DNA of 64,000 bases from Sumerlaeia bacterium (GTDB lineage Bacteria; Sumerlaeota; Sumerlaeia; SLMS01; JAHLLQ01): NCBI GenBank assembly GCA_040219255.1, contig JAVJSW010000039.1, positions 64,001-128,000 on the forward strand, written 5' to 3'. Below are positions 1-9,329 of the stretch, piece by piece. Below the pieces are notes generated by a model, which saw only the letters and a program-made list of their open reading frames with translations, was not told where the DNA came from and ran no database searches. Both the position numbers and the translations under genes were made by a program. Positions within the stretch are counted from its first letter, which is position 1; each line of letters begins with the position of its first letter.

Positions 1-858
1 CAACCTGGCTTTGCCTCCGTACCGCGAGAGTCTGATGTCATTTGGGAACCTTATATTCATCCGGAGAACAACGGTTGGAAGGGTGAGGGTTTTTCCGGAG
101 CCGAGGTTTCCGCCGAGATTTCCGCCGCCCTTCATCAGCGGTTTTCAGAGCTTGCGGTGTCGGCGGAGACTTGGCGCCGCTGGAGTTCCGCCGGTCTGAT
201 GAAGAACCCGGGGATGGCGCGAGTGCTTCGTTTGGGCTATCGCTTTGGAAAACCGGTACTCGCGCTGTTGAAATTTCGCAAGGGCAAGTCAGGTTCCGAC
301 CTCCGGTTGATCGACAAATCCGTTCACATGGGGCTTTGGCTGAGCTTTGTGCATACTGTTTTCCCGGGCTGCCGTTTCATCCATATCGTTCGCGATCCAT
401 TGACGGCGATCCCCTCGATCATTCATGGTTGGCAGCAGCCGGAACGATTCAATACTTATCTGTTGCCGCTCGATTTCGACGGAGAAGACTTCCAGTGGAA
501 ATTTCCGCTGCCTCCCGGCTGGGAAGCGGTCGTGAAAGCACCTGTCGAGGATCGCGCCGCTTTCCAATGGATCGCGATTCAGGAGGCGATCTTGCGGTCG
601 GCGGGGGAGTTGGGCATGCCTTATTATCGAATCCGGTTGGAAGACTTGGCCGCCACTCCCCGCGAGACGTTGGAAGCGCTGTTCGCCTTCGCCGCGATCG
701 ATTGGAATCCGATAGCGGAAAGATATGCTCGGGAGCTTCCCAAAGTGAATGCGCGCGAGTCCAAAGGGAACGCAAACAGGCAATGGCTCGACAAAATTTC
801 TCCAGAGCGCCAGGAACGCATCGAGGTATTGCGAACCATATTCGGTTATTCGGAATAA
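1..858 (+). CDS. Sulfotransferase family protein (5'-truncated by window edge)
   Basis: Frame 1 is open from base 1 (QPGFASVPRESDVIWEP...). Contains LIDKS and 'FPGCRFIHIVRDP...S' (3'-PB-like motif), YYRIRLEDL and a C-terminal FGY, typical of Sulfotransfer_3 proteins. Confidence 0.8.
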   Translation, partial: QPGFASVPRESDVIWEPYIHPENNGWKGEGFSGAEVSAEISAALHQRFSELAVSAETWRRWSSAGLMKNPGMARVLRLGYRFGKPVLALLKFRKGKSGSDLRLIDKSVHMGLWLSFVHTVFPGCRFIHIVRDPLTAIPSIIHGWQQPERFNTYLLPLDFDGEDFQWKFPLPPGWEAVVKAPVEDRAAFQWIAIQEAILRSAGELGMPYYRIRLEDLAATPRETLEALFAFAAIDWNPIAERYARELPKVNARESKGNANRQWLDKISPERQERIEVLRTIFGYSE

Positions 859-1742
859 CCCAGCGTTTCCATCAAGTCCTTCACGCCGCTGAGGAGATCA
901 GCGCGCAGCCAATTCTCCAAACCTTCTTCTTCATTCTCTGATTGCCGGGGCCGGACGTTGATTTTCTGGTCGAGCATTTGGCGCAGGCGCCCGGCTTCAT
1001 CGCCGCTCACCAATCCATGGCTCAAGGCCACCAGCAATCGATGTAACTCTTGATCCTTGCGTTCGAGGAAAACATCTTCGTATCGAAAAAGCGCCACGTT
1101 TTTTCGTCCCTCCGCATTCAGCTCCGCGAACAAGCGATTCATGGTCAGCCAGGTCCATGCGAGCTTCTCGGCCCTCGAGTAATCCGGCCATTCCGGGCAT
1201 GCGATCCCTGCGTTGTCGGGCGTTAGCCGCCGGAGGCCGCCTCGATCGATTCGGGTCAAAATGTCTTTCTCCGAGTACCAGACCTTAGACAGCCAAGATG
1301 AAACCCATGTTTTAGGATGGCGAACGAAGAAGAGAACATGACTGTTTGGAAGCTCCGCAAGCAAATTCCCTAAGCCAAACAATTGAGCATTTGATTCCAC
1401 GTAGAGTTTCCTGTCACCAACGATCCATTTACGATCTTTAATAAACCTTTCGATCGCCTCTTTTTCCGAAATCCGTCCCTCCAAATAATTCAAGGAATGA
1501 TTGCGCGCTCCCGATGTTCCGAGGGCTTTTAGCAAATAAGGCCGAACGACGCCCTGTTGCCTCAGGCGCCGCCAGCGCTCGTCGCGGCTCAGCGTGTGCC
1601 AATCGACTTTATCGGGTTCGTGGATCGAGAAACAGCCAGGGACGAGTTCGCTCGCCAAATCGCCAAAGAATTGAGTCCCGGTGCGCCCGGCGGAAATGAT
1701 GAAGGTTTTTCGTAAATTGAGAAAAGGCTGGGCGGCGCTCAT
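846..1742 (-). CDS. Sulfotransferase family / P-loop-like protein
   Basis: FIISAGRTGTQF (5'-PSB loop), HEP, FFVRHP..WV.S, FRYEDV, C-terminal LGY. Start is ATG 1742 or 1784. Confidence 0.75.
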   Translation of the reverse strand: MSAAQPFLNLRKTFIISAGRTGTQFFGDLASELVPGCFSIHEPDKVDWHTLSRDERWRRLRQQGVVRPYLLKALGTSGARNHSLNYLEGRISEKEAIERFIKDRKWIVGDRKLYVESNAQLFGLGNLLAELPNSHVLFFVRHPKTWVSSWLSKVWYSEKDILTRIDRGGLRRLTPDNAGIACPEWPDYSRAEKLAWTWLTMNRLFAELNAEGRKNVALFRYEDVFLERKDQELHRLLVALSHGLVSGDEAGRLRQMLDQKINVRPRQSENEEEGLENWLRADLLSGVKDLMETLGYSE

Positions 1743-1816
1743 GGGGCTCTCGCTTGGTTGCAGGCGACTCTCTTCTCGCGGCATCGCCGTGTTGGGTCGA
1801 GCCCAATTGGCGGGCG

Positions 1817-2836
1817 CTACGCCGCCACGGCAGCCAGGATGCCGCCCGCGATCCCGGCCAGCACGAGAAGAGCCACCACGGCGACGACGCCCCGGTGCGC
1901 CGACACCCAGAAGTAGGGGCTCTTGGACTTGGCCTTCTTGTCAAAGGTTCCCCGCGTTCCGTAGGTGTTTTCCACCGGATGCCAGAGGTTCGAGAGGCGG
2001 TCGAGAGAGACCGGTTCGCCGCTTTTCTGCGAGTCGAAGCCGGTCTTACCCAGATACCAGTCGCCAAAGGCGGGAAGGAACTTGTTCCCCCAGATGATGA
2101 CGGCGGTCATCAGGCCGACGTTGATTTCGCGGCGGCGGTGCTGGCTGGCCCAGTAGAGGGCTTCGGCGGCGACGGAGGGCTGGAAAATGGGCGGCACGGG
2201 CTGGGGGTGCTCGGGCAGCTTGACCAGGTTCCACTCGAACTGGGGCGTGTTCAGGGCGGGAAACTGCACCATGGTCAGACGGACGTTGGATTTCTCGTGT
2301 AGCAGTTCACAGCGAAGCGAGTCGAAGAAGCCACGCAGGGCGTGCTTGGCGCCGCAGTAGCCGGATTGCAGCGGGATGGACCGATAGGCGAGGGCCGAAC
2401 CGGACTGGACGATGACGCCCCGGTCGCGCGGCTTCATGCGCTTGAGGGCTGCCAGGGTGCCGTAAACCGACCCGAGGTAGGTGACTTCGGTGACGCGGCG
2501 GAATTCCTCGGGGGTCAAGTCGTCGAAGCGGCCAAAGACCGTGAGCATGGCATTGTTGATCCAGACGTCGATTTCGCCAAAGGTTTCTTCGAGCTGCCGG
2601 GCGCACTCCTCGACGCGGTCCGCGTCGGCCACGTCACAGGTCAGCGCGAGGGCCCGCCCGCCCCGTTCCTCCACTTCCGCTTTTGTATCGGCCAGTCCTT
2701 TTTGTCCCCGGGCGATCAGACCGATGTTCCATCCGCGCTCGGCAAAGGCATGGGCGGTGGCGCGGCCCACGCCGGCGGTGGCTCCGGTGATCATGACGAC
2801 TTTCTTGCGGGGCTGGTTGGCATTGGCAGATGGCAT
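1817..2836 (-). CDS. SDR family oxidoreductase with C-terminal TM helix
   Basis: ITGATAGVG Rossmann motif, NNA, catalytic YCGAK, hydrophobic tail. Confidence 0.9.
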   Translation of the reverse strand: MPSANANQPRKKVVMITGATAGVGRATAHAFAERGWNIGLIARGQKGLADTKAEVEERGGRALALTCDVADADRVEECARQLEETFGEIDVWINNAMLTVFGRFDDLTPEEFRRVTEVTYLGSVYGTLAALKRMKPRDRGVIVQSGSALAYRSIPLQSGYCGAKHALRGFFDSLRCELLHEKSNVRLTMVQFPALNTPQFEWNLVKLPEHPQPVPPIFQPSVAAEALYWASQHRRREINVGLMTAVIIWGNKFLPAFGDWYLGKTGFDSQKSGEPVSLDRLSNLWHPVENTYGTRGTFDKKAKSKSPYFWVSAHRGVVAVVALLVLAGIAGGILAAVAA

Positions 2837-3032
2837 GAGAGGCTCCTTCCGCTCTTCAGCCGGAGCAACACCGATGCCGCCCGGCACGCGGGAGAGTCGC
2901 GTCCTCACCTGCCGGACCCCGAGTTGCTTGGTTCCAGAGCCAAGCCGAGCGCGGGCGCGGGCGATTCTCCCGTTCTCCCTAGCCCCAAGCGCTTTTCCTG
3001 GCGATTCTCACTCCTGCCGAAGGATAGGCTCC

Positions 3033-4634
3033 ATGCCCGATCAGCAGCATCATCCCGAACACGAAAAGCAATCTCACGAGCAGCACGAGCACTCTGGGGG
3101 AATGCAGTCCGGCGGAATGGGAATGCGAGGCGTCAGCCGGCCCATGCCTCTGCATCAGCATCACCAGAAGCACGAGGAATCCCACGGCAAAGAGTCCCAG
3201 GGCCACGAGGGCCACCAAGGCCATGGTCACATGTCGATGTCGCCCGAGCACCGCGAGAAGATGCTGCACATGCACCATCGGCAAACGCTGTGGTGCTACT
3301 GGTTCATCGTGATGGCGGGGTTCTGGACGATGATGGCGCCGCTGACGTTTTCCTATGGTTCGGGGGCGGTGGATGTGGCCGGCGGGCGCGAGGTCTGGCT
3401 TTCGACCGCCGGGCGCGCGGCGGCGATGACCTGGAGCGACCTGATTTGCGGGTTTCTGCTGATCGTTCTGGGCTGGCGGGCGTTGACGCCCAACCGGCCG
3501 GTCTCGATGTGGGGGGCGTGCTTCGTCGGGATCTGGATGAACATCGCGCCGGTGCTGTTCTGGGCGCCGACGGCGGGGGCGTATTACAACGCCACGGCGG
3601 TGGGCACGCTGGTGATCGCGGTGACGATCTTGATCCCCGGCATGCCGAACATGATCATGTACATGAAGATGGGAAACCCGGTGCCGCGGGGTTGGTCCTA
3701 CAACCCGTCCTCCTGGCCCCAGCGCTGGATCATGATCGCGGCTGGGTTCGCGGGCTGGATGGCGTCGCGGTATCTGGGGGCGTTTCAGCTCGGGTACATC
3801 GAGGAAATCTGGGACCCGTTCTTCGGTTCGCAAAGCCGCCAGGTGCTCAATTCCGACATGTCGCACATGTGGCCGGTTTCGGACGCGGCGTTCGGGGCCT
3901 TCGCCTACACGTTCGAATGCTTGATGGGTTTCATGGGGGCGCCGAGCCGCTGGCGCACGATGCCGTGGATGGTGACGTTCTTCGGGATTCTGGTGATTCC
4001 GCTGGGGCTGGTGCATATCGCGCTGGTCATTTCCCAGCCGGTCGTCGTCGGCGCGTGGTGTACGTTTTGTCTGCTGGCGGCGGCGATCATGCTGCCGATG
4101 ATTCCGCTCGAGGTGGACGAGGTCATCGCCATGGGCCAGCACGTCAAGCAGCGAACGCGGGCCGGCGAAGGCTTCTGGCGCGTGTTCTGGAAGGGCGGCG
4201 ACCCGGACGGCTCCGAGCCGGACGAGCGCACGCCGCCGCTGGCCGATTTCCCCAAGCGCCCGATGGCGCTGCTCAAGGCCGGCTTCTGGGGCATGAGCGC
4301 CCCCTGGAACCTGACAGTCTCGGCCATCGTGGGCGTCGGTCTGCTGTTCGTGCCCTGGCTCTTGGGTCTCGAGAAACCGGCCTCCGCCATCTTCCACCTG
4401 GGCGGTTCGCTGGCGGTGGTTTTCGCGGTGATCGCCATGGGAGAGGCAGTGCGGCTCACGCGTTTCCTGAACGTCCTGGTAGGCCTGGTGCTGGCCATCG
4501 GGCCGTGGCTGACGAACGGCGGCGTGGCGGCGGGGGTGATCGGACTGCTGGCGGGAGTGGCGCTGATCGGGTTGTCGCTGAGGAAGGGACCGGTTCGCGA
4601 ACGCTTCGGATCGTGGGATCGCTGGGTGAAGTAG
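3033..4634 (+). CDS. Vitamin K epoxide reductase (VKOR) family membrane protein with SPW-like repeats and His-rich N-terminus
   Basis: P.GWSYNPSSW.QR, DPFFG, RWRTMPW, redox motif WCTFC, many TM helices, H/M/E-rich leader. AGGA upstream of ATG 3033. Confidence 0.8.
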   Translation: MPDQQHHPEHEKQSHEQHEHSGGMQSGGMGMRGVSRPMPLHQHHQKHEESHGKESQGHEGHQGHGHMSMSPEHREKMLHMHHRQTLWCYWFIVMAGFWTMMAPLTFSYGSGAVDVAGGREVWLSTAGRAAAMTWSDLICGFLLIVLGWRALTPNRPVSMWGACFVGIWMNIAPVLFWAPTAGAYYNATAVGTLVIAVTILIPGMPNMIMYMKMGNPVPRGWSYNPSSWPQRWIMIAAGFAGWMASRYLGAFQLGYIEEIWDPFFGSQSRQVLNSDMSHMWPVSDAAFGAFAYTFECLMGFMGAPSRWRTMPWMVTFFGILVIPLGLVHIALVISQPVVVGAWCTFCLLAAAIMLPMIPLEVDEVIAMGQHVKQRTRAGEGFWRVFWKGGDPDGSEPDERTPPLADFPKRPMALLKAGFWGMSAPWNLTVSAIVGVGLLFVPWLLGLEKPASAIFHLGGSLAVVFAVIAMGEAVRLTRFLNVLVGLVLAIGPWLTNGGVAAGVIGLLAGVALIGLSLRKGPVRERFGSWDRWVK

Positions 4635-4790
4635 TCGGCGCCCACCCCGTCGCCGAGCCAGTTTTCTGAATGACGAAAGCAGGACTAGCGCCGGGCCGCG
4701 GAAGGCGGCAGGGTCTGCGGACTCTCGCGCCCGCCGGGCCATCACGCCCGCGCGCCCTCCCTTACACCTAGGAGCCCGCTTCGTCCCGCC

Positions 4791-6449
4791 ATGCATGCCC
4801 TGTCCGATTTTTTCCGCGAAACCGAACCGGTCCGCGTGCCCGAATGGTCGCGCGACGCCGTCTGGTATCAGATCATGGTGGAGCGCTTCCGGAACGGCGA
4901 TCCGGGTAACGATCCGCCGGGCGTGATGTCCTGGACTGGCGATCCGCATACGACGGAAGGCCCGCCGCCGCATCAGCGCTGGTACGGCGGCGATCTGGCC
5001 GGGTTGATCGAGGGCCTCGATTACCTGGCCGATCTGGGCGTCACAGCGCTGTACCTGAACCCGATTTTCCAGGCCGGGTCCTACCACAAGTACGACGCCA
5101 TCGATTGGCGCCACGTGGACGATCATTTCGGCGTGGCGGGCGAGTACGCGAAGACCGCCGCCCGCGAAGACCTGCACGATCCAGCGACCTGGCTCTTCAA
5201 CGAGAGCGACCGGATGTTCCTGCGCCTGATCCGCGAAGCCCACGACCGCGGCATCCGCATTATTGTGGACGTGTCGTTCAACCACGTCTCGCAGGCGCAC
5301 CCGGCCTTCAAAGACGTCAAGGAATTCGGCCGGTCGTCGGAATACGCCGATTGGTTCGAGATCGTATGCTGGGACCCCTTCGACTTCGAGGGCTGGGCCG
5401 GGCATAAACACATGCCGGTGTTGCGCAAAGGCCCCGACGGCCCCGCCAGCGCCCGCGCCCGCCAGCACATCTTCGACGTCACGGCCCGATGGACGGCGCC
5501 CTTCGGCGATTCGAGCCAGGGCGTGGACGGCTGGCGGCTGGATGTGGCGAACGAATTCCCGGCCCACTTCTGGGCCGACTGGCGCAACCTGGTGAAGTCC
5601 CTCAATCCCGACGCCGTCATCGTCGGCGAGGTGTGGGACATTTGCGACGAATGGCTCGACGGCCAGACCTTCGACGGCGTGATGAACTATCCCTTCGCCG
5701 AGCTGGGCGTGGCGTTCTTTGGCGGCGGCCGCGATGCGCCTTCCATCGCCGATTTCGACCAGCACACCCGCCTTCTGAGAAACCATTATCACCGTTCCGT
5801 CGCCGAGGGACTCTGGAACCTTTACGACAGCCACGACGTCGACCGGCTGGTGTCGCGGCTCAAGAACCCCGGCTTCCCCTACGCCCGGGCCAACAAGCCG
5901 AGCGCCAACCCGCTGTACAACGATGGCAAGCCGACACCCGAGGACTACGACCGCCTGCTGCTGTCGGCCGTCTATCAGATGACGGCCCTGGGCGCGCCAA
6001 TGATCTATTACGGCACGGAAGTGGGGATGTGGGGCGGCGGCGATCCGGATTGCCGGAAACCGATGATCTGGCGGGATTTGCTGCCCTACGCCAACCCGGA
6101 CGAAAACCGTATCGAGGAGCGAGTCCTGGCGGCCTACAAAGAGCTGATCGGGCTGCGCAAAGCTCATCTCTGCCTGAGCCGGGGGGATTTCCTGACGTTG
6201 CATTGCGGCGCGGGCGACGACACCATTTATGCCTACGCCCGCGCCGGACGGGGCGGCGTGGCGGTGGTGGCGCTGAATGTCGGGAGCGACCCTTGCGAAG
6301 CGAAGTTCCAGCTCCCCGATGGCTTTCCGGGCTGGGCCGACTTCTCTCCGGCGTACGGAATGGCGGCTGAGGACTGGCCGGCCCAAGGTGCGGAAGCCCG
6401 TCTGACCCTGCGACCGCTGCAGGGTGCGATTCTGATTGCGGAGTCATAA
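4791..6449 (+). CDS. GH13 alpha-amylase / neopullulanase-like glycosidase
   Basis: WYQI..ERF.NGD, GGDL.G, YHKYD, DVSFNH, and the catalytic motifs GWRLDVA, GEVW and SHDVDR. Confidence 0.92.
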   Translation: MHALSDFFRETEPVRVPEWSRDAVWYQIMVERFRNGDPGNDPPGVMSWTGDPHTTEGPPPHQRWYGGDLAGLIEGLDYLADLGVTALYLNPIFQAGSYHKYDAIDWRHVDDHFGVAGEYAKTAAREDLHDPATWLFNESDRMFLRLIREAHDRGIRIIVDVSFNHVSQAHPAFKDVKEFGRSSEYADWFEIVCWDPFDFEGWAGHKHMPVLRKGPDGPASARARQHIFDVTARWTAPFGDSSQGVDGWRLDVANEFPAHFWADWRNLVKSLNPDAVIVGEVWDICDEWLDGQTFDGVMNYPFAELGVAFFGGGRDAPSIADFDQHTRLLRNHYHRSVAEGLWNLYDSHDVDRLVSRLKNPGFPYARANKPSANPLYNDGKPTPEDYDRLLLSAVYQMTALGAPMIYYGTEVGMWGGGDPDCRKPMIWRDLLPYANPDENRIEERVLAAYKELIGLRKAHLCLSRGDFLTLHCGAGDDTIYAYARAGRGGVAVVALNVGSDPCEAKFQLPDGFPGWADFSPAYGMAAEDWPAQGAEARLTLRPLQGAILIAES

Positions 6450-6493
6450 ATTTTGTGACGAAATAACAAATCGTCACGAAGGGTCCGCCTCCC

Positions 6494-8365
6494 ATGCCTT
6501 TACTTCGCCGCGATTTGCTCACCCCCGTCTGCCTCCTTCTGGGGGCGGTCATGGCTCCACTGGGCACGTCCGCGCAGGATGGGCCTGGGACCGAACAGCC
6601 AGGCGCTGTCGTTTCCCCGGCCACGGCGGCGACCACCTCCGTGCTGCATTTTCCGACGTCCTTTTCGATGGGGTTGCTTCTGACGCGCCCGAAGGATGAT
6701 CCCACGGCACCCTGGACCGAGTTGTCGGTGGCGCGGGGCAAAGTGGCCGTTCCGCCGGAGTCGGCTCTTCGGCTGGAGGTGAACGCCGAGGGCGCGGCGA
6801 ATTTGTGGGCGCTGGCGGACATTCCGCCGATCACGGTGACGTCGCTCGATCTCTCGCTGCGAACGGTCGAGGCGGGCTCGCTGGGTTATCTGACGGGAAT
6901 GGCCGGGTTGGAAGAGCTGGACCTGAGCGAAACGCGGCTGGGCCGGCGCTCGCTGGAGCCACTTCGTCAATTCCGGAAACTGAAACGGCTGGACTTGCGG
7001 CGAACGAATATCGGCGATGACGATGTGGCGCCCCTGGCCCAGTTGGGCGAACTGGAGCATCTGGCCCTGCCCCACGGGGTGGGAGAAACGGGTCTGCGGC
7101 GATTGCGGGGATTGCGCAATCTGGTGTCGCTGGACCTGTCGAACACGCGGATTTCGGACGGGGGCCTCAAAGCCCTGCAAGCCTTCCCCCATCTGCGCGA
7201 GTTGCGACTGCCCTCGGAGTCCGGCGACGAAGGCCTGCAAGTCCTCGCGTCCCTCCCCCGCCTCGAGCACCTGGAGCTGACCAATACGCAGATCACGAGC
7301 GAGGGACTGGTGGCGATTTCAGAGTTGAAGTATCTGCGGACGCTGGCGCTGCCTTCACGCATCGGCGACGAAGGACTGGCCCATCTGGGGGGCTTGACGG
7401 CTCTGGAGGACCTGGACATTTCGCGGTCGCTGGTCACCGGCAGCGGGCTGGTTCATCTGGGCGGGTTGCCCAACCTGAGGAAACTCAACCTGTCGCGGAC
7501 GCGGGCCCGGGCGGTGACGCTGACGCCGCTGGCGGACTTGAAGGAGATCGAAGTCCTGGATCTGTCCCGCAACCAGATCGGCAACAGCACGCTCGATCTG
7601 ATCGTCCAACTGCCCCATCTGCGGGCACTGGACCTCGACCGCACGAATATCGACAGTTCGGGCATCGAGCAACTGGCTGGGCTGCCGCGACTGGAATTCC
7701 TCAACCTGTCGCATACCCGGGTCAACGATCTGGCGGCGCCGGCCTTGGCGAAAATCGATGGTCTCCGTTACCTGGGGCTCAATTCCACGGCGTTCAGCGA
7801 CGGCGGCATCGAGAGCCTGGCGGTTTTGCCGCATCTGGAAGAACTGCGTATGGCCGACACGCTGGTCAGCGATCTGGGCATCCGGCCACTGCGCCAAATG
7901 ACTTCGCTGCGGGTCCTCGACCTCTCCGACACGCAGGTCGGCAGCGGTATGGTGGAATTGCTCGAGCCTCTGAAGGACCGGCTGACGGAGCTTTATCTCT
8001 CCGATGTGCGATTGGATGCGCCGGCCGCTTCGAAGCTGGGCCAGTTCCATCAGCTTCGGCGCCTGGACCTCTTCGGCATCGACGTCGATGACGCGGCGGC
8101 GAAGAATCTCGCGGCGCTCCCCCACCTGGAGGCGTTGACGCTGAGCGCCCCCCGCTTGGGGCCAGATGGGCTGCGGGCCCTCGCCGCCATGGATTCGCTG
8201 AGGCAGCTCGGGCTCTTCGACGTCATCATGAACGCGCACGTGCAAGACATTCTGGCCCGCATGGATTCGCTGCGGCAACTGACGGTCAGTACCCGCCACA
8301 CCACCGAGGCGCGGCTCGATTCGATGCGAGCAGCGATGCCGAACTGCCAGATCGCGACGCGATAG
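6494..8365 (+). CDS. Secreted leucine-rich repeat protein
   Basis: Signal peptide followed by about 20 LxxLxxLxLxxTxIxDxGL repeats of ~22-25 aa. Confidence 0.88.
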   Translation: MPLLRRDLLTPVCLLLGAVMAPLGTSAQDGPGTEQPGAVVSPATAATTSVLHFPTSFSMGLLLTRPKDDPTAPWTELSVARGKVAVPPESALRLEVNAEGAANLWALADIPPITVTSLDLSLRTVEAGSLGYLTGMAGLEELDLSETRLGRRSLEPLRQFRKLKRLDLRRTNIGDDDVAPLAQLGELEHLALPHGVGETGLRRLRGLRNLVSLDLSNTRISDGGLKALQAFPHLRELRLPSESGDEGLQVLASLPRLEHLELTNTQITSEGLVAISELKYLRTLALPSRIGDEGLAHLGGLTALEDLDISRSLVTGSGLVHLGGLPNLRKLNLSRTRARAVTLTPLADLKEIEVLDLSRNQIGNSTLDLIVQLPHLRALDLDRTNIDSSGIEQLAGLPRLEFLNLSHTRVNDLAAPALAKIDGLRYLGLNSTAFSDGGIESLAVLPHLEELRMADTLVSDLGIRPLRQMTSLRVLDLSDTQVGSGMVELLEPLKDRLTELYLSDVRLDAPAASKLGQFHQLRRLDLFGIDVDDAAAKNLAALPHLEALTLSAPRLGPDGLRALAAMDSLRQLGLFDVIMNAHVQDILARMDSLRQLTVSTRHTTEARLDSMRAAMPNCQIATR

Positions 8366-8441
8366 GGGCGACTCCGCCCTTGAGCTGGCGAGTCCGTGTG
8401 CGCTCTCGTGGGAGGATGAAATCCGCCCACGGGGTTCCTCT

Positions 8442-9323
8442 ATGCCCGCCGCCCAAGGCCTTCTGAGAAAAACGTCCGTCTTCCTGGAGATGATCAAGTT
8501 CTCCCACTCGGTTTTCGCCCTGCCCTTCGCCTTGCTGGCGATGCTGGTGGCGGCGGGGGGTTGGCCGGGGCCGGCCACGGTGGCGCTGATTCTGGTGGCG
8601 GTGGTCGGAGCCCGCACCGCGGCGATGTGTTTCAACCGCATAGCCGACCGAGATGTCGACGCGGAGAATCCCCGGACGGCGAATCGCGCCCTCGTCACCG
8701 GCGAGTTGGACACACGCTTCGCCTGGGTGGCGCTTGCGGTGTCGCTAGCGGTTTTCTACGTGGCGGCGGGGTTGCTGAACCCGCTTTGCCTGCTCCTCGC
8801 CACGCCGTGTATGGCGGTGCTGCTGGGCTATAGTTGGATGAAGCGCGTGACGGACTACTCGCACTTCGTGTTGGGGGCGGCGCTGGGGCTGGCGCCGATC
8901 GGGGCCTGGGTCGCGGTGCGGGGCGAGCTGGCTTGGTTCCCGGCGCTCCTGGGTCTGGCGGTGACCCTGTGGGTGGCGGGGTTCGATGTGCTCTATTCCT
9001 GTCAGGACTACGACTACGACCGCGAGGCGGAGGGCCTCCACTCGATCCCGAAACGGCTGGGCCTGGCGGGGGCCATGGCGTTCGCGCGGCGGCTCCACGG
9101 GGTCGCGCTGCTGGCGTTCGTGGGCGTTTGGGCTTTGGGGATGCCGATGCTGGGGGCGCTGACGCTGGCGGGCGTCGCGGTGGTGGGGGTGCTTCTGATT
9201 TACCAGCACAGCCTCGTCTCGCCGTCCGATCTCTCGCGCATCGATGCGGCTTTTTTCACGACGAATGGGATGATCAGCCTGGGCCTGTTCCTGATCGTCT
9301 GGGCCGATGTGGCGTTGGGCTGA
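8442..9323 (+). CDS. mqnP: UbiA-family polyprenyltransferase of the futalosine menaquinone pathway
   Basis: MIKFSHSVFALPFA, NRIADRDVDAENPRT..R, FDVLYSCQD, AFFTTNG. Confidence 0.85.
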   Translation: MPAAQGLLRKTSVFLEMIKFSHSVFALPFALLAMLVAAGGWPGPATVALILVAVVGARTAAMCFNRIADRDVDAENPRTANRALVTGELDTRFAWVALAVSLAVFYVAAGLLNPLCLLLATPCMAVLLGYSWMKRVTDYSHFVLGAALGLAPIGAWVAVRGELAWFPALLGLAVTLWVAGFDVLYSCQDYDYDREAEGLHSIPKRLGLAGAMAFARRLHGVALLAFVGVWALGMPMLGALTLAGVAVVGVLLIYQHSLVSPSDLSRIDAAFFTTNGMISLGLFLIVWADVALG

Positions 9324-9329
9324 GGCGGC

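Noticed and set aside
2979-6386. 1135-aa ORF on the - strand (and the 775-aa + ORF 2342-4669)
   Set aside because: Shadows or alternative frames of the VKOR, GH13 and SDR genes, with low-information R/A/G-rich translations.
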